Origin: a virus
Reading direction: 5' to 3' (one strand)
IMG/VR virus record: IMGVR_UViG_3300004481_000389
Length of the DNA stretch: 64,000 nucleotides
The translations under genes and the position numbers were made by a program. The notes under the pieces were generated by a model that was not told where the DNA came from, did not search any database, and saw only the letters and a program-made list of their open reading frames with translations. Shown piece by piece: positions 45,401 to 52,566 of the stretch. Numbering within the stretch: position 1 is the first letter of the stretch; the number at the start of each line of letters is the position of its first letter.

Positions 45401-46168
45401 TATCATTTCTATGTATTGGCTGAAAATGAGCATTTAATTACCAAAAATCGCCCGACCATTGGTAATAAAACCGCAGTGATCCGTGACTTTTGTTTAGCCA
45501 ATAACTTTAAGGCCAGTGTTTCTGATATTCCGGTATCTTTTAAACTGTCTGTTGAATTGGCGAATTACATTCGAGAAGGTGATGCTAAGGATCGATTATT
45601 TACCTTTATTGACCGGGCAAAATTTGAGACGGTGGCTGCATTCCGTGAAGCTTTGGCCCAGGTGGTATGTGATGAATTTACACCGTTTATTCATGATATG
45701 GAGCCGGATACGTCAATCATGCTGGACGTAGTAGATCGAGTTTATGAGGTGAGTAATATCTATCGCACTAAACAAGCTGAAATTCTGGCAATTGAGAAAG
45801 CAGCTCAAGCGATTAATGCACCGGAAGTACAAGAGCCTCAGCCGATTGATGTGACGATCCATGAGCCGGATATAGAGCCTGGTGCTATTCCAAAAACTGC
45901 AATCATCCGTGTGGAGACTAACGGCTTTAATACTTTGCCGTATCGTGAAAAATTCCGGGAATATTCGGATGAGATTCAAAATGCGACAAGTTATGCTAAA
46001 CCTGATCATTGGTCGAAGTACAATAAGCGTTTTAGCAATGCCTCCGCTTGTTGGAATAAACCGCTTAAACAGTGGGAAATTCCATACGGTGCATGGCAGC
46101 TATTCGAGCAGCGTGATAGCGAACTGACAGATGCTTGCACATTCACAGTAATTTATGGCGGGGTTTAA
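39440..46168 (+). CDS. DarB-like giant protein: N-terminal SAM-dependent DNA methyltransferase plus SF2 (DEAH/SNF2-like) helicase
   Basis: Methyltransferase motifs: VLDPCAGVGIFG (motif I) and ANVPFG (motif IV). Helicase motifs: GFDVGLGKT (Walker A), VIDEAHAYKN (DEAH), LLLTATPITNSP and QQRNGRGVRQGN (motif VI). At 2242 aa it is comparable to P1 DarB. Confidence 0.85.
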   Translation: MFGILFDDAGNPKLTTQALELTSKLQNIVDSLKTPQNSLEGLLSEIGTITRGNHLIADLKQLGGNIGGVSLQINDDPAIPLSKPRKKTDQHYNFQQNNTKNKRQKDNIAAVELVRQYNAGEITLDSITDEQKDILGRYTGNGGNLLDVETGMRGSDYEYYTPKPIASGIWDVLNDMGFGGGKVLDPCAGVGIFGATAPLNAAIDAVELDKTSGTINKLINESDSYNVRVSNFESVAARTPDESYDAIVANVPFGSNRGRNFKYDEKYQKASLEYYFIMRSLEKLKGGGLAAFLVPDRCMTGKSSKERALRQDSSLLGEFLGAYRLPNKVFGAAAADTITCVMFYRKHSKAALEKVSDLYSGGEAKTLSDAQVLWDSFVDGKYFETSEGKKRVLGDDFIKAEEGDKYGRDQLTSSEDILAIAKRMLVHKLPKTRIDWALLDETEAFPISYNEGDTITQRGQTLQLVNGNWVVLNPSPENNAKMDLLSDAQDPYSAFVSNITIEQVDELADHMKKMSMALDMPPWMGQMRVALAGGKTLDQRKQLYKPILIGMCVKQIMDEEGLDSGTNFKEKYQDLSAEMERYASDANKVKGVEGEAKLAILEYKKHYKKGTGFSSIWLGEIRQVTEVEMTPDASLDGVIYVNKSPWFTVEQARASLGPDFDPFKDPEYCLSDDGNKICRSDDYYVGNLGEFLKRIDPAIENAANDSIRNKLLAQKKAAFERVTKIDVQEMHFNLFSPYVTIEEKAEFLRRSVHASARVVDVDGEKTISFNVTSSEKDKNNRAKYIGRLESYLKHGNVSLQGIKIEGISEEKQLEELRSFINKTNDKFNSYVRSNTRITNRLESTANDPKNMRFKQLEDTKDLIVQGMNPELKLHTYQRAFVRKMSRDFSGINGFDVGLGKTFTALASVQYVQSIGVKKRTMFVVPGSVLSNWRKEALRAYKTIDDCLFVGLRENGDGNLIADSKYYDEDLMSIVSNKPNKIFISFEAFERIKLKAETIEHFENHIRSVDASFMEDDSRKNEEKTQAKLEGLTAILSKKTGAAPYLEQLGIDSIVIDEAHAYKNSSAVREFKGGKYLSTAGMSGRGIDAQCKAWFIRGMSDRKDGVLLLTATPITNSPLEVYSMMSLAVGHERVNSLAMGVSGADDFMNAVCVMEDEQEESIDGQMSNKRIFKGLSNPAMLRNLISDVATIKTADDVGAQIVVPDEDTQETIVTLDKYSQDKLDTYKNAYRYAMDLIRDRALPFGPGVAAYDYVKQQFGEKDDVIAHPFNLINKMTMLIADPDLDKQYTKYVIGQDQKEALDKVLAEWDKKRPKEDRGRISPHTQESDYSLKIKKNKDTGEETAIYTIQVRAWADNANVYLDSTDWKTQEAFETLAEKHGLGLDCVMSPKMAAMIDNLKRENSHVRGVNAQGEKAPYAKQIVFCDILGIHNKMRKLIAKHLGVSASQIAIVTGQRNNDAAEILEIQNNFNDYGEDNYRIIIANKKAEVGINLQIGTQAIHHYTIGWTPDSLQQRNGRGVRQGNKTEKVTVYHYDAQGTFDAAKRTLVNNKADWIGELMDGQGSESIKIVGGMSNEQIRALAEFAGGDALEAMQAEIARNEKMRHEKENVERQKALLETAKQQQDFLDKNKDFSGWVKRDFDALMQTASSVGKLERLIKKENDLKADLAEIVASSGSVKDVQAKLNNIEKSKLKLENEMRQANKLMARIAGAVNAVVANYNFEQIAPDKAAYVINKKFRERAEQPHSKATLTDTFYDHEDGVRYGVKVKAKEEVEGSELYNEWSFEVDSAAGLIRETVKQFKERAKVDNSINERVIDDFIGEDRNGQISPSGVLFSKSCFLVKNNDPKQAVYYFTGVPQENQYGSKIKGLINGERTDTEFNYDFVDQPEYSVAYPDSDLYTQCCIALAEYEDSLVGTVSTKEGNLFSDVMPDILKYRKGIIEIAFEYANSYLQGHYYPYVMNAHEPDKLSDFEKAVVKQQSEIVLRHTKYHFYVLAENEHLITKNRPTIGNKTAVIRDFCLANNFKASVSDIPVSFKLSVELANYIREGDAKDRLFTFIDRAKFETVAAFREALAQVVCDEFTPFIHDMEPDTSIMLDVVDRVYEVSNIYRTKQAEILAIEKAAQAINAPEVQEPQPIDVTIHEPDIEPGAIPKTAIIRVETNGFNTLPYREKFREYSDEIQNATSYAKPDHWSKYNKRFSNASACWNKPLKQWEIPYGAWQLFEQRDSELTDACTFTVIYGGV

Positions 46169-46173
46169 AACTA

Positions 46174-46593
46174 ATGGCATTTTCTGAATTTTTATTCGAT
46201 AAGGCCTATATTGATGAGGTGGCCGCAAATGCGGCTGCTTCACTCAAGGCAAATCGTGGTTTTTCTAACCTGGAAGGGTTCGCGGCTGGTGTAATTCAAC
46301 GCCGTTTAGCAAAGGACCCGGCTCGTTATCTGGACTATGGTGTTTATTGGCCAGCCTTAAAAGCGGTGCTGCATAAGCATGGCTTTGATTTTGGCGCGCC
46401 AGTTTATCCGCAACTTTGCGCGGTTTATTGCGGCGATAATGACTTACAGACAATCATTATGGCTGATGAATTTAGGAATGATTATCTGGCCACTCAGTTT
46501 GTGGGTACCAGGACCTTTTTAGTCGATAAAGAGACGGGTGAGGAAATCATTTTGATCGATGATGACATGGAAGGGAAAGCCCTCAATTCATAA
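46174..46593 (+). CDS. hypothetical protein
   Basis: 139 aa from ATG 46174, just after the giant gene stop. Confidence 0.5.
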   Translation: MAFSEFLFDKAYIDEVAANAAASLKANRGFSNLEGFAAGVIQRRLAKDPARYLDYGVYWPALKAVLHKHGFDFGAPVYPQLCAVYCGDNDLQTIIMADEFRNDYLATQFVGTRTFLVDKETGEEIILIDDDMEGKALNS

Positions 46594-46597
46594 CCCT

Positions 46598-46632
46598 GGA
46601 AGGCCCGTTTAAATAGCGGGCCTTCTTGTTTT
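46598..46632 (+). terminator. Rho-independent terminator
   Basis: 9-bp stem GAAGGCCCG/CGGGCCTTC followed by TTGTTTTT. Confidence 0.7.
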
Positions 46633-46647
46633 TGCATATAGGAAAAG

Positions 46648-48225
46648 TTGCCGTTTTCACTCATGGGCCGCGTTTATCGTGGAATGATGAAAAATGTATC
46701 TAATTCTCCGAAAGGGCGCGGTAATTTTCTAAACAACTTTGGCATTTCTGCTAAAAAATGGGGTTCGGAAAATTTACCACTCGCCAATGAAATCACTCAG
46801 ACCGATCTAACATTATACGGGTCCGGTTCGACTACAGTTGCCTCTTTATTATCTAGTGGTTCCAGGACTGCTAGAACTCGTCAAAATATCTATGACAAAT
46901 GGGCCTTAATGGAAAGTGACCCGATCATTTCCACGGCCTTAAAGATCCTTGTAACCTCCGCTTTGGGTGGCCATGAGACAAGCGGGGACCTGGTATTTTT
47001 GGAGACAAAACCAGGCCTGGCGAAAAACGATAAGCGCATGAAGTATATAGACGAAATCAGGGCAGACCTGGTGCCGCTATTTAACAAAGTAGCTTATACA
47101 AGTAGCTACCTGGCTGCTGCTTTTGGTGATTCTTATGTCCGGGTTCACTCCAATAAAAATGGCATTCAGGATCTTTATATTGGTGAATTGGTACGCCCTA
47201 CATTGATCCAACCGTTTGAACGTGGCAGTCGCACGGTCGGCTATGCTGTTTCCTCCGGTGCAAAGAATTTCCAGCGCCTCGATGCCCTCCAAATGGCGCG
47301 AATGAAGCTGCCCCGTACCCAGTGGATACCTCAAGTTGGTGTGGTCGAAAAATCAATGCGCTATGCGCTTGAAATCGATGATATGGATGAATTGCCACTT
47401 ATGCCCGCAATGGTCGGCGGCTCACTCTTATATTCGGCTGAATCGCCGTATGACAACCTCACATCATCATTGCTTGGCCTGGTTGGTCAGCGGTGGATGG
47501 ATTCAATCGATGAGCAGCTGCTCACAGTGAATCTTGAAGGCATGGATAAAAGCCAGCAATCACGCTTCCTGGAATCCATGAAAAAGATGCTGATTAAGTC
47601 TAAGCAAATTGCTGAAAACGCTGTGAAGCGTAACAGGCCTGTCATGGAGCGTATTCGTCATGTGGTCCCAGTATTCAGCGAAAAGCAGCTCACACAGGTT
47701 GCGGGCAATGTAGGCGGCCAGCGTAGTGCCAATGTATCAATTGAGGACATTATGCTACATGCGCGCTTGCTGTCCGGTTCAATGGGTGTGGATCTGTCCA
47801 TGCTTGGCTTTGCCGATCAGCTGGCGGGTGGCCTGGGTGAAGGTGGATTTTTCAGAACATCGGCCCAAATTGGGGAAAGCTCACGGACCATTAGAACGGC
47901 CCAGGCTGAATTTTATGATTCGATCATTGATATTCACACGTATAAAAAATACGGCTTTGTCTTTGATAAAAATGACCGTCCTTTTTCAATCAATTTCTAT
48001 GGGTCCATTAGTGCGCTAGAAAACGAAAAACAGGCGACCCGTGCCAATGCAATGAACGGCGGCTTGATGTTGGTTCAGGCCATGCAGCAATTTAAGGACC
48101 TGGGCGCTGATAAGGAAATGATGAAGCAATTTCTGATGCAGACCATGTTGCTTGATGAGGATATTGCTCAGCTATACAGCGCAATTGTTGATGTTAAAGG
48201 GGGTGAGGATGAGCCTCTACAATAA
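46648..48225 (+). CDS. putative portal protein
   Basis: 525 aa. YDKWALMESDPIISTALKILV resembles the N-terminal motif of Mu-type (DUF935-like) portals. The start is uncertain: TTG 46648 or ATG 46663. Confidence 0.5.
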   Translation: MPFSLMGRVYRGMMKNVSNSPKGRGNFLNNFGISAKKWGSENLPLANEITQTDLTLYGSGSTTVASLLSSGSRTARTRQNIYDKWALMESDPIISTALKILVTSALGGHETSGDLVFLETKPGLAKNDKRMKYIDEIRADLVPLFNKVAYTSSYLAAAFGDSYVRVHSNKNGIQDLYIGELVRPTLIQPFERGSRTVGYAVSSGAKNFQRLDALQMARMKLPRTQWIPQVGVVEKSMRYALEIDDMDELPLMPAMVGGSLLYSAESPYDNLTSSLLGLVGQRWMDSIDEQLLTVNLEGMDKSQQSRFLESMKKMLIKSKQIAENAVKRNRPVMERIRHVVPVFSEKQLTQVAGNVGGQRSANVSIEDIMLHARLLSGSMGVDLSMLGFADQLAGGLGEGGFFRTSAQIGESSRTIRTAQAEFYDSIIDIHTYKKYGFVFDKNDRPFSINFYGSISALENEKQATRANAMNGGLMLVQAMQQFKDLGADKEMMKQFLMQTMLLDEDIAQLYSAIVDVKGGEDEPLQ

Positions 48226-49006
48226 CATTGCGAAAAAATCCAAACAATCGGGCCTGGTGAGCGCAATTACTAAAGGCGCTCAGTCTGTTGTTGGATCAGC
48301 TATTAACAAGACCATGAATAGCTCACTGGCCAGCCCTCTATTCGATCAGGCGGCCAAAATAGGTATTACGCCAGACCTGGCTAGTTTTGTGGCGAATGAG
48401 TTTGCCGGGCAATACATTTCAGACAAGGTTAGTGAAGCAGAATCATTAATCAAAAAGCAAATAAGTACCTGGATTAACAAGATTGGCGGGGGCTTTAAGG
48501 GGATTCCTGAAAAAGCCCAGTACCGTGAATTTATTGCGCTTAGTCGTGCCAGAAAAAACAATTTTATTGTTCAGGTTGAAAGTAATTTGACGGGTGATTT
48601 CTCCAAAAAGATGAATCTATTTGTCACAGACATAGATTTAAACCCGATGAATATTTCAGGCGAAAAACGGCGGGTCGGTGGTGGATTTATTGATGCGCCG
48701 ACCGGGGCCGAAGCTACTGAGATTCGTATCACAACTATGGATGATAAGGCGGGAACGATTAAGAAGTGGTTTGAGCAGCAATGTGCTGCAGTCGTGGCTG
48801 CTGATGGGACATTTGGTGTGCCAGCCAGTTATGGAATCACAATTAAAGTCTTACATGCTGTGGTGAATGGTCAAAACTCAAAAGATGCCTTTACTAATAA
48901 GGGGTTATATCGTGCGGCCTCTTATGAGGTGCAGTTGTCCCGCAGAGAACAGGCCATGCAAGAAGTGACCCTCACTTTCACTCAACTTGATTCATTTAGA
49001 AGGTAG
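48209..49006 (+). CDS. hypothetical tail-module protein
   Basis: 265 aa from ATG 48209, with GGTGAGG RBS. Lies directly upstream of the tape measure gene. Confidence 0.5.
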   Translation: MSLYNNIAKKSKQSGLVSAITKGAQSVVGSAINKTMNSSLASPLFDQAAKIGITPDLASFVANEFAGQYISDKVSEAESLIKKQISTWINKIGGGFKGIPEKAQYREFIALSRARKNNFIVQVESNLTGDFSKKMNLFVTDIDLNPMNISGEKRRVGGGFIDAPTGAEATEIRITTMDDKAGTIKKWFEQQCAAVVAADGTFGVPASYGITIKVLHAVVNGQNSKDAFTNKGLYRAASYEVQLSRREQAMQEVTLTFTQLDSFRR

Positions 49007-49010
49007 TAAA

Positions 49011-52000
49011 ATGTCAGGGTTAAAATCCGATGAATTAGGCTTTTTGATAGGAAAGCCGATCAACTTAACTGATCTACATGATGAGCTGTCAGATATTCAC
49101 GGCGAATTATCAGAGATTAAGCAGCTCTTAAAGAAGGATGCTGTTGTTGATATTTCTCCTGATTCCTTAGATCAGCTCACAAGTGCATTTAGTACAAATC
49201 TTGCCGCTGAAAATGAAAAAAATGCAGACAAGGCACCCGATAAAATAAGTGTACCTGGTGCAAGGGAAATAAAGAAGGAAGGCATCCCGTTTGCTAATCT
49301 GGATAGGCTAATTGCCAGTCAGCTTGATAATCATGCTGTCAACCAGAATGGCCAGAATGAAGCAGCTAAATTCCAGCCTCGTGATGCACATGGTCGCTTT
49401 ACTTCTCCGGTCAATCCGGGTGAAGCCGTTAAAGTCCATCAAGTCCGAAATGTGGCGAATAGTCTATCTATTCAAAATGCCCGGACTGATGGCCCTGGTG
49501 TTGAAAATCATAATCAGGATATAACGCAGAACACTTTAAATAATACGGTTTATAAGCGTTCCTCACAGGCAGAAAATATTGCCAGTCCTTCTACTCAAAC
49601 AACGGTCAATAACAGCTCAAAAACAGCTGCAAAACGTGATGAAAAAGGCCGTTTTATTGCCAGCCCCTCGGCAAAAGAAGCAATTAGCACTCCCAAAAAT
49701 CGCGGTGCAAATGGCCAATTTTTGCCAAAAGGGACCAATTCTGAAAGTAATACACCGGATAAGGTCGGTGCTGAAAAGGATTCTATCGGCACTAAGATTA
49801 AAAATGTCGGTAGCAAAATTTCAGATGCAATCGGCGGTTTAGCCCAGGACAATGAACAGGCAGACCCAAGTGTTCAGGCTATGGGGGAAATCAAAGGGGT
49901 ATTAAGCCCGGTTGGTCGCGGCCTGGGTAAATTATTCACTGGCGGCAATGGTGGTGTAAGTCGTGGCCAGGACCGCTGGTATAGACGTTTCTTTAAGCAA
50001 AATGCTGAAAAGGCAAGAGCTGATGAGTTGGCCAACAAGCGAGAGCAGCGCCTACTTTCAAATATTGAAAAGAAAGAGGGTCCAGAGGTTGCATCCAATC
50101 ATGGGTTAATGGCGACTTTGTTCCTGGCGTTTATGGGTGCATTGGCTGGATTGCTGGTTAAAGGATTCCAGGCATTAGCAACGCCGTTGCGGTTTTTAGG
50201 TTCATTTTTCAGCCCATTACTCAAAGCTTTACAGGCTCTTGCCCGTGCAATTGGCTTAAAGAAGCTTGCGGATCGGATCGGTTCGCCAGGCACGAAAAAC
50301 CCCGGCAATAAATCCGGCGGGCCAGCTGGTACCGTAAAGGATAGCTCTACTAAAGGAGGCGCGGGTAAGGCGATATTAAAGAAATTGCCAATTGTTGGCG
50401 CTTTAATGTCGGCGGGCTTTTTGGGTAAAGAGCTTTACGATATTTCTGAAAATGATGAAACCAGAGAGATTAAGACTAAGCAAGTCGGCTCGGCGGTCGG
50501 TTCTACTGTTGGCGGTGTTGGTGGTGCGCTTGGTGGTGCTGCAGCTGGTGCGGCGGTCGGCTCAGTGGTCCCATTGGTCGGTACTTTGGTCGGCGGTATT
50601 GTTGGCGCAGTCCTGGGCGGTATAGGTGGCGATAAACTAGGGGGAATCCTGGGGGATAAATTCGGTGCTTGGGTCAATGACCTAAGATCATCGGGTTTTA
50701 TTGATCGCATGTCCTATAGATGGGACGTTGGCGTAAATGCCATGAGTATTATGTGGCGTGACTTTACCAGTCTGGCTTCATCGGTATGGTCCGGCATGGT
50801 TGCGGGCTTACAAGGTGGCTGGAATGCGGTAGTTAATACTACTCAACTTATGTGGCAAAACGTGAGCAGCGCGTTCACCTCGGCTACAGATTTTATTAAA
50901 TCCACTTGGGCCACGACTGCAGCTGTTGTTGGTGGTGCGCTCGATACAGTATGGACCAGTCTAGGGGAGCTTGCCTCCCAGTTAAATGAAGCAATTAAGG
51001 CTAAAACTGGGGTAGATATTGCCCAGAATGTTGATGACATGAAAAAGACCGTTGCTGGATGGGCCGATGGCCTAAAAGCAGCGGTGAATGATGTTTCAAA
51101 CTCATTTAAAGAAAAGCTCGGCGGTATGTTTGAAGGAAGTTATTTAGGTGGCGTTTTTAGCCAGGCTCAGAATATGGCCGACACTAATAATGAGCCGCTT
51201 AGCACTTCAAAAGAACAAGATGCCAATCAAACAGGTGTACTTAACGCATTTTTGAAAGCTGGATTTACCAAAAACCAGGCAATCGCCTTAACCGCAGAAG
51301 TTGGTCGTGAAAATGACTATAACTCTAAAAACTTGTATGGCTATCACAAGGATGCGGCAAACGGCGCTGTGAATATGGGTATGATCTCCTGGCAGGGCGA
51401 TAGAGCCAAGCGTTTAGAAGAACACATGCAAAGCAAGGGCTTGATCAAAGACGGTAAAATGGTGAGAAGCCAGGCCGCTTTAGACGCTCAAGCTGAATTT
51501 GTTAAAAAAGAGATTGATGGCGGTCAATACAAGGCAACTAAAAAGCTGTTTTCGGAAAGCCCAAATCTGGACCCCGAAGCTTATGCAAAAACACTGGGTA
51601 AAGACTATATTAAATGGGCCTATGGCCAGAATGTCCTTTCTAATGGCAATAGCTTTGATTGGAAAAAGCATGATGCAAAACGCAGAGGGTACAAGGTTAA
51701 GGCTGCTGCTAAAACAAGTACCGCTATTCCATTTAGACCGGGATATAACGCGCAAACTGCTCAAGCGGCTATAGCGGAAAAAGGGAAAGGCCAGGCAACC
51801 AGTACGGCGGCACCCAAAGCGGATCAGAACACAGCTAATGCACCTCAGACTGAAACTGTGACCGCTTCAATGGACGCGACCCAGGCAGAGGAAAAAGCAG
51901 CCCCTAACTCTATTGAAAGCTTGATGCAGACCGTTAATAACTTTGATGGCATGTCAAATATTAAACATGCCGTTGTAACTATGCTCAAAAGCAGTGCCGA

Positions 52001-52223
52001 AGGCCCAGGGGTAGCGCAATATGCTCCACGTAAGACCCCAGTAGTACCAGCTGTGAACGTGTCAGCGGCACCGCCTATTGCAGAGGCCCCGAAAGTTAGT
52101 ACACCAATTGCAAGCACTCAAACGGCCCAGGATTCCAATAAGGCAATCGATGATGTATCGAGAGATTTATCAGACAGACGTATTGCTCACATTGTAACTG
52201 GCGCTTATTCAAGCCCGACCTGA
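49011..52223 (+). CDS. tail tape measure protein with an embedded phage-tail-lysozyme-like domain
   Basis: 1070 aa. Gly-zipper hydrophobic block GSAVGSTVGGVGGALGGAAAGAAVGSVVPLVGTLVGGIVGAVLGGIGG. Lysozyme-like segment AIALTAEVGRENDYNS...GMISWQGDRAKRLEEHM. Confidence 0.7.
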   Translation: MSGLKSDELGFLIGKPINLTDLHDELSDIHGELSEIKQLLKKDAVVDISPDSLDQLTSAFSTNLAAENEKNADKAPDKISVPGAREIKKEGIPFANLDRLIASQLDNHAVNQNGQNEAAKFQPRDAHGRFTSPVNPGEAVKVHQVRNVANSLSIQNARTDGPGVENHNQDITQNTLNNTVYKRSSQAENIASPSTQTTVNNSSKTAAKRDEKGRFIASPSAKEAISTPKNRGANGQFLPKGTNSESNTPDKVGAEKDSIGTKIKNVGSKISDAIGGLAQDNEQADPSVQAMGEIKGVLSPVGRGLGKLFTGGNGGVSRGQDRWYRRFFKQNAEKARADELANKREQRLLSNIEKKEGPEVASNHGLMATLFLAFMGALAGLLVKGFQALATPLRFLGSFFSPLLKALQALARAIGLKKLADRIGSPGTKNPGNKSGGPAGTVKDSSTKGGAGKAILKKLPIVGALMSAGFLGKELYDISENDETREIKTKQVGSAVGSTVGGVGGALGGAAAGAAVGSVVPLVGTLVGGIVGAVLGGIGGDKLGGILGDKFGAWVNDLRSSGFIDRMSYRWDVGVNAMSIMWRDFTSLASSVWSGMVAGLQGGWNAVVNTTQLMWQNVSSAFTSATDFIKSTWATTAAVVGGALDTVWTSLGELASQLNEAIKAKTGVDIAQNVDDMKKTVAGWADGLKAAVNDVSNSFKEKLGGMFEGSYLGGVFSQAQNMADTNNEPLSTSKEQDANQTGVLNAFLKAGFTKNQAIALTAEVGRENDYNSKNLYGYHKDAANGAVNMGMISWQGDRAKRLEEHMQSKGLIKDGKMVRSQAALDAQAEFVKKEIDGGQYKATKKLFSESPNLDPEAYAKTLGKDYIKWAYGQNVLSNGNSFDWKKHDAKRRGYKVKAAAKTSTAIPFRPGYNAQTAQAAIAEKGKGQATSTAAPKADQNTANAPQTETVTASMDATQAEEKAAPNSIESLMQTVNNFDGMSNIKHAVVTMLKSSAEGPGVAQYAPRKTPVVPAVNVSAAPPIAEAPKVSTPIASTQTAQDSNKAIDDVSRDLSDRRIAHIVTGAYSSPT

Positions 52224-52277
52224 TCTAAACAGGAAAACCAGAAAAAACCTCAAACAACATTGTGCCACATTTAAAGC

Positions 52278-52562
52278 ATGAAAACTTTAAATGGGCATGA
52301 TGTTGCCGAAATGGTAGGCCACTGGACTGAAACCCCGATGAATGGGTATTTAGGCAGTCCCTACGGACAAAACTTCAAATCTTTTTTACAGCAACCGCAA
52401 ACTGTGGTTGTTGGAAATTCATTCATTCAAAAACTGCAAAAAGACGTTGATATTTTGCAAGTTTTACCCCCTGATGCAGTCAATATGTACTCAGTTCCTA
52501 AAGGTACTGATGGTGCGGAAGTGATTTTGTCTGTGGCAGGGCGCAAGTTCAATATAGGCTGA
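52278..52562 (+). CDS. hypothetical baseplate-module protein
   Basis: 94-aa ORF. Confidence 0.5.
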   Translation: MKTLNGHDVAEMVGHWTETPMNGYLGSPYGQNFKSFLQQPQTVVVGNSFIQKLQKDVDILQVLPPDAVNMYSVPKGTDGAEVILSVAGRKFNIG

Positions 52563-52566
52563 AATT

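Noticed and set aside
48209-49011. Programmed -1 frameshift tail chaperone (G/GT-like) upstream of the tape measure gene
   Set aside because: The upstream gene is 265 aa, larger than typical chaperones. I saw no overlapping extension ORF or slippery heptamer near its 3' end.
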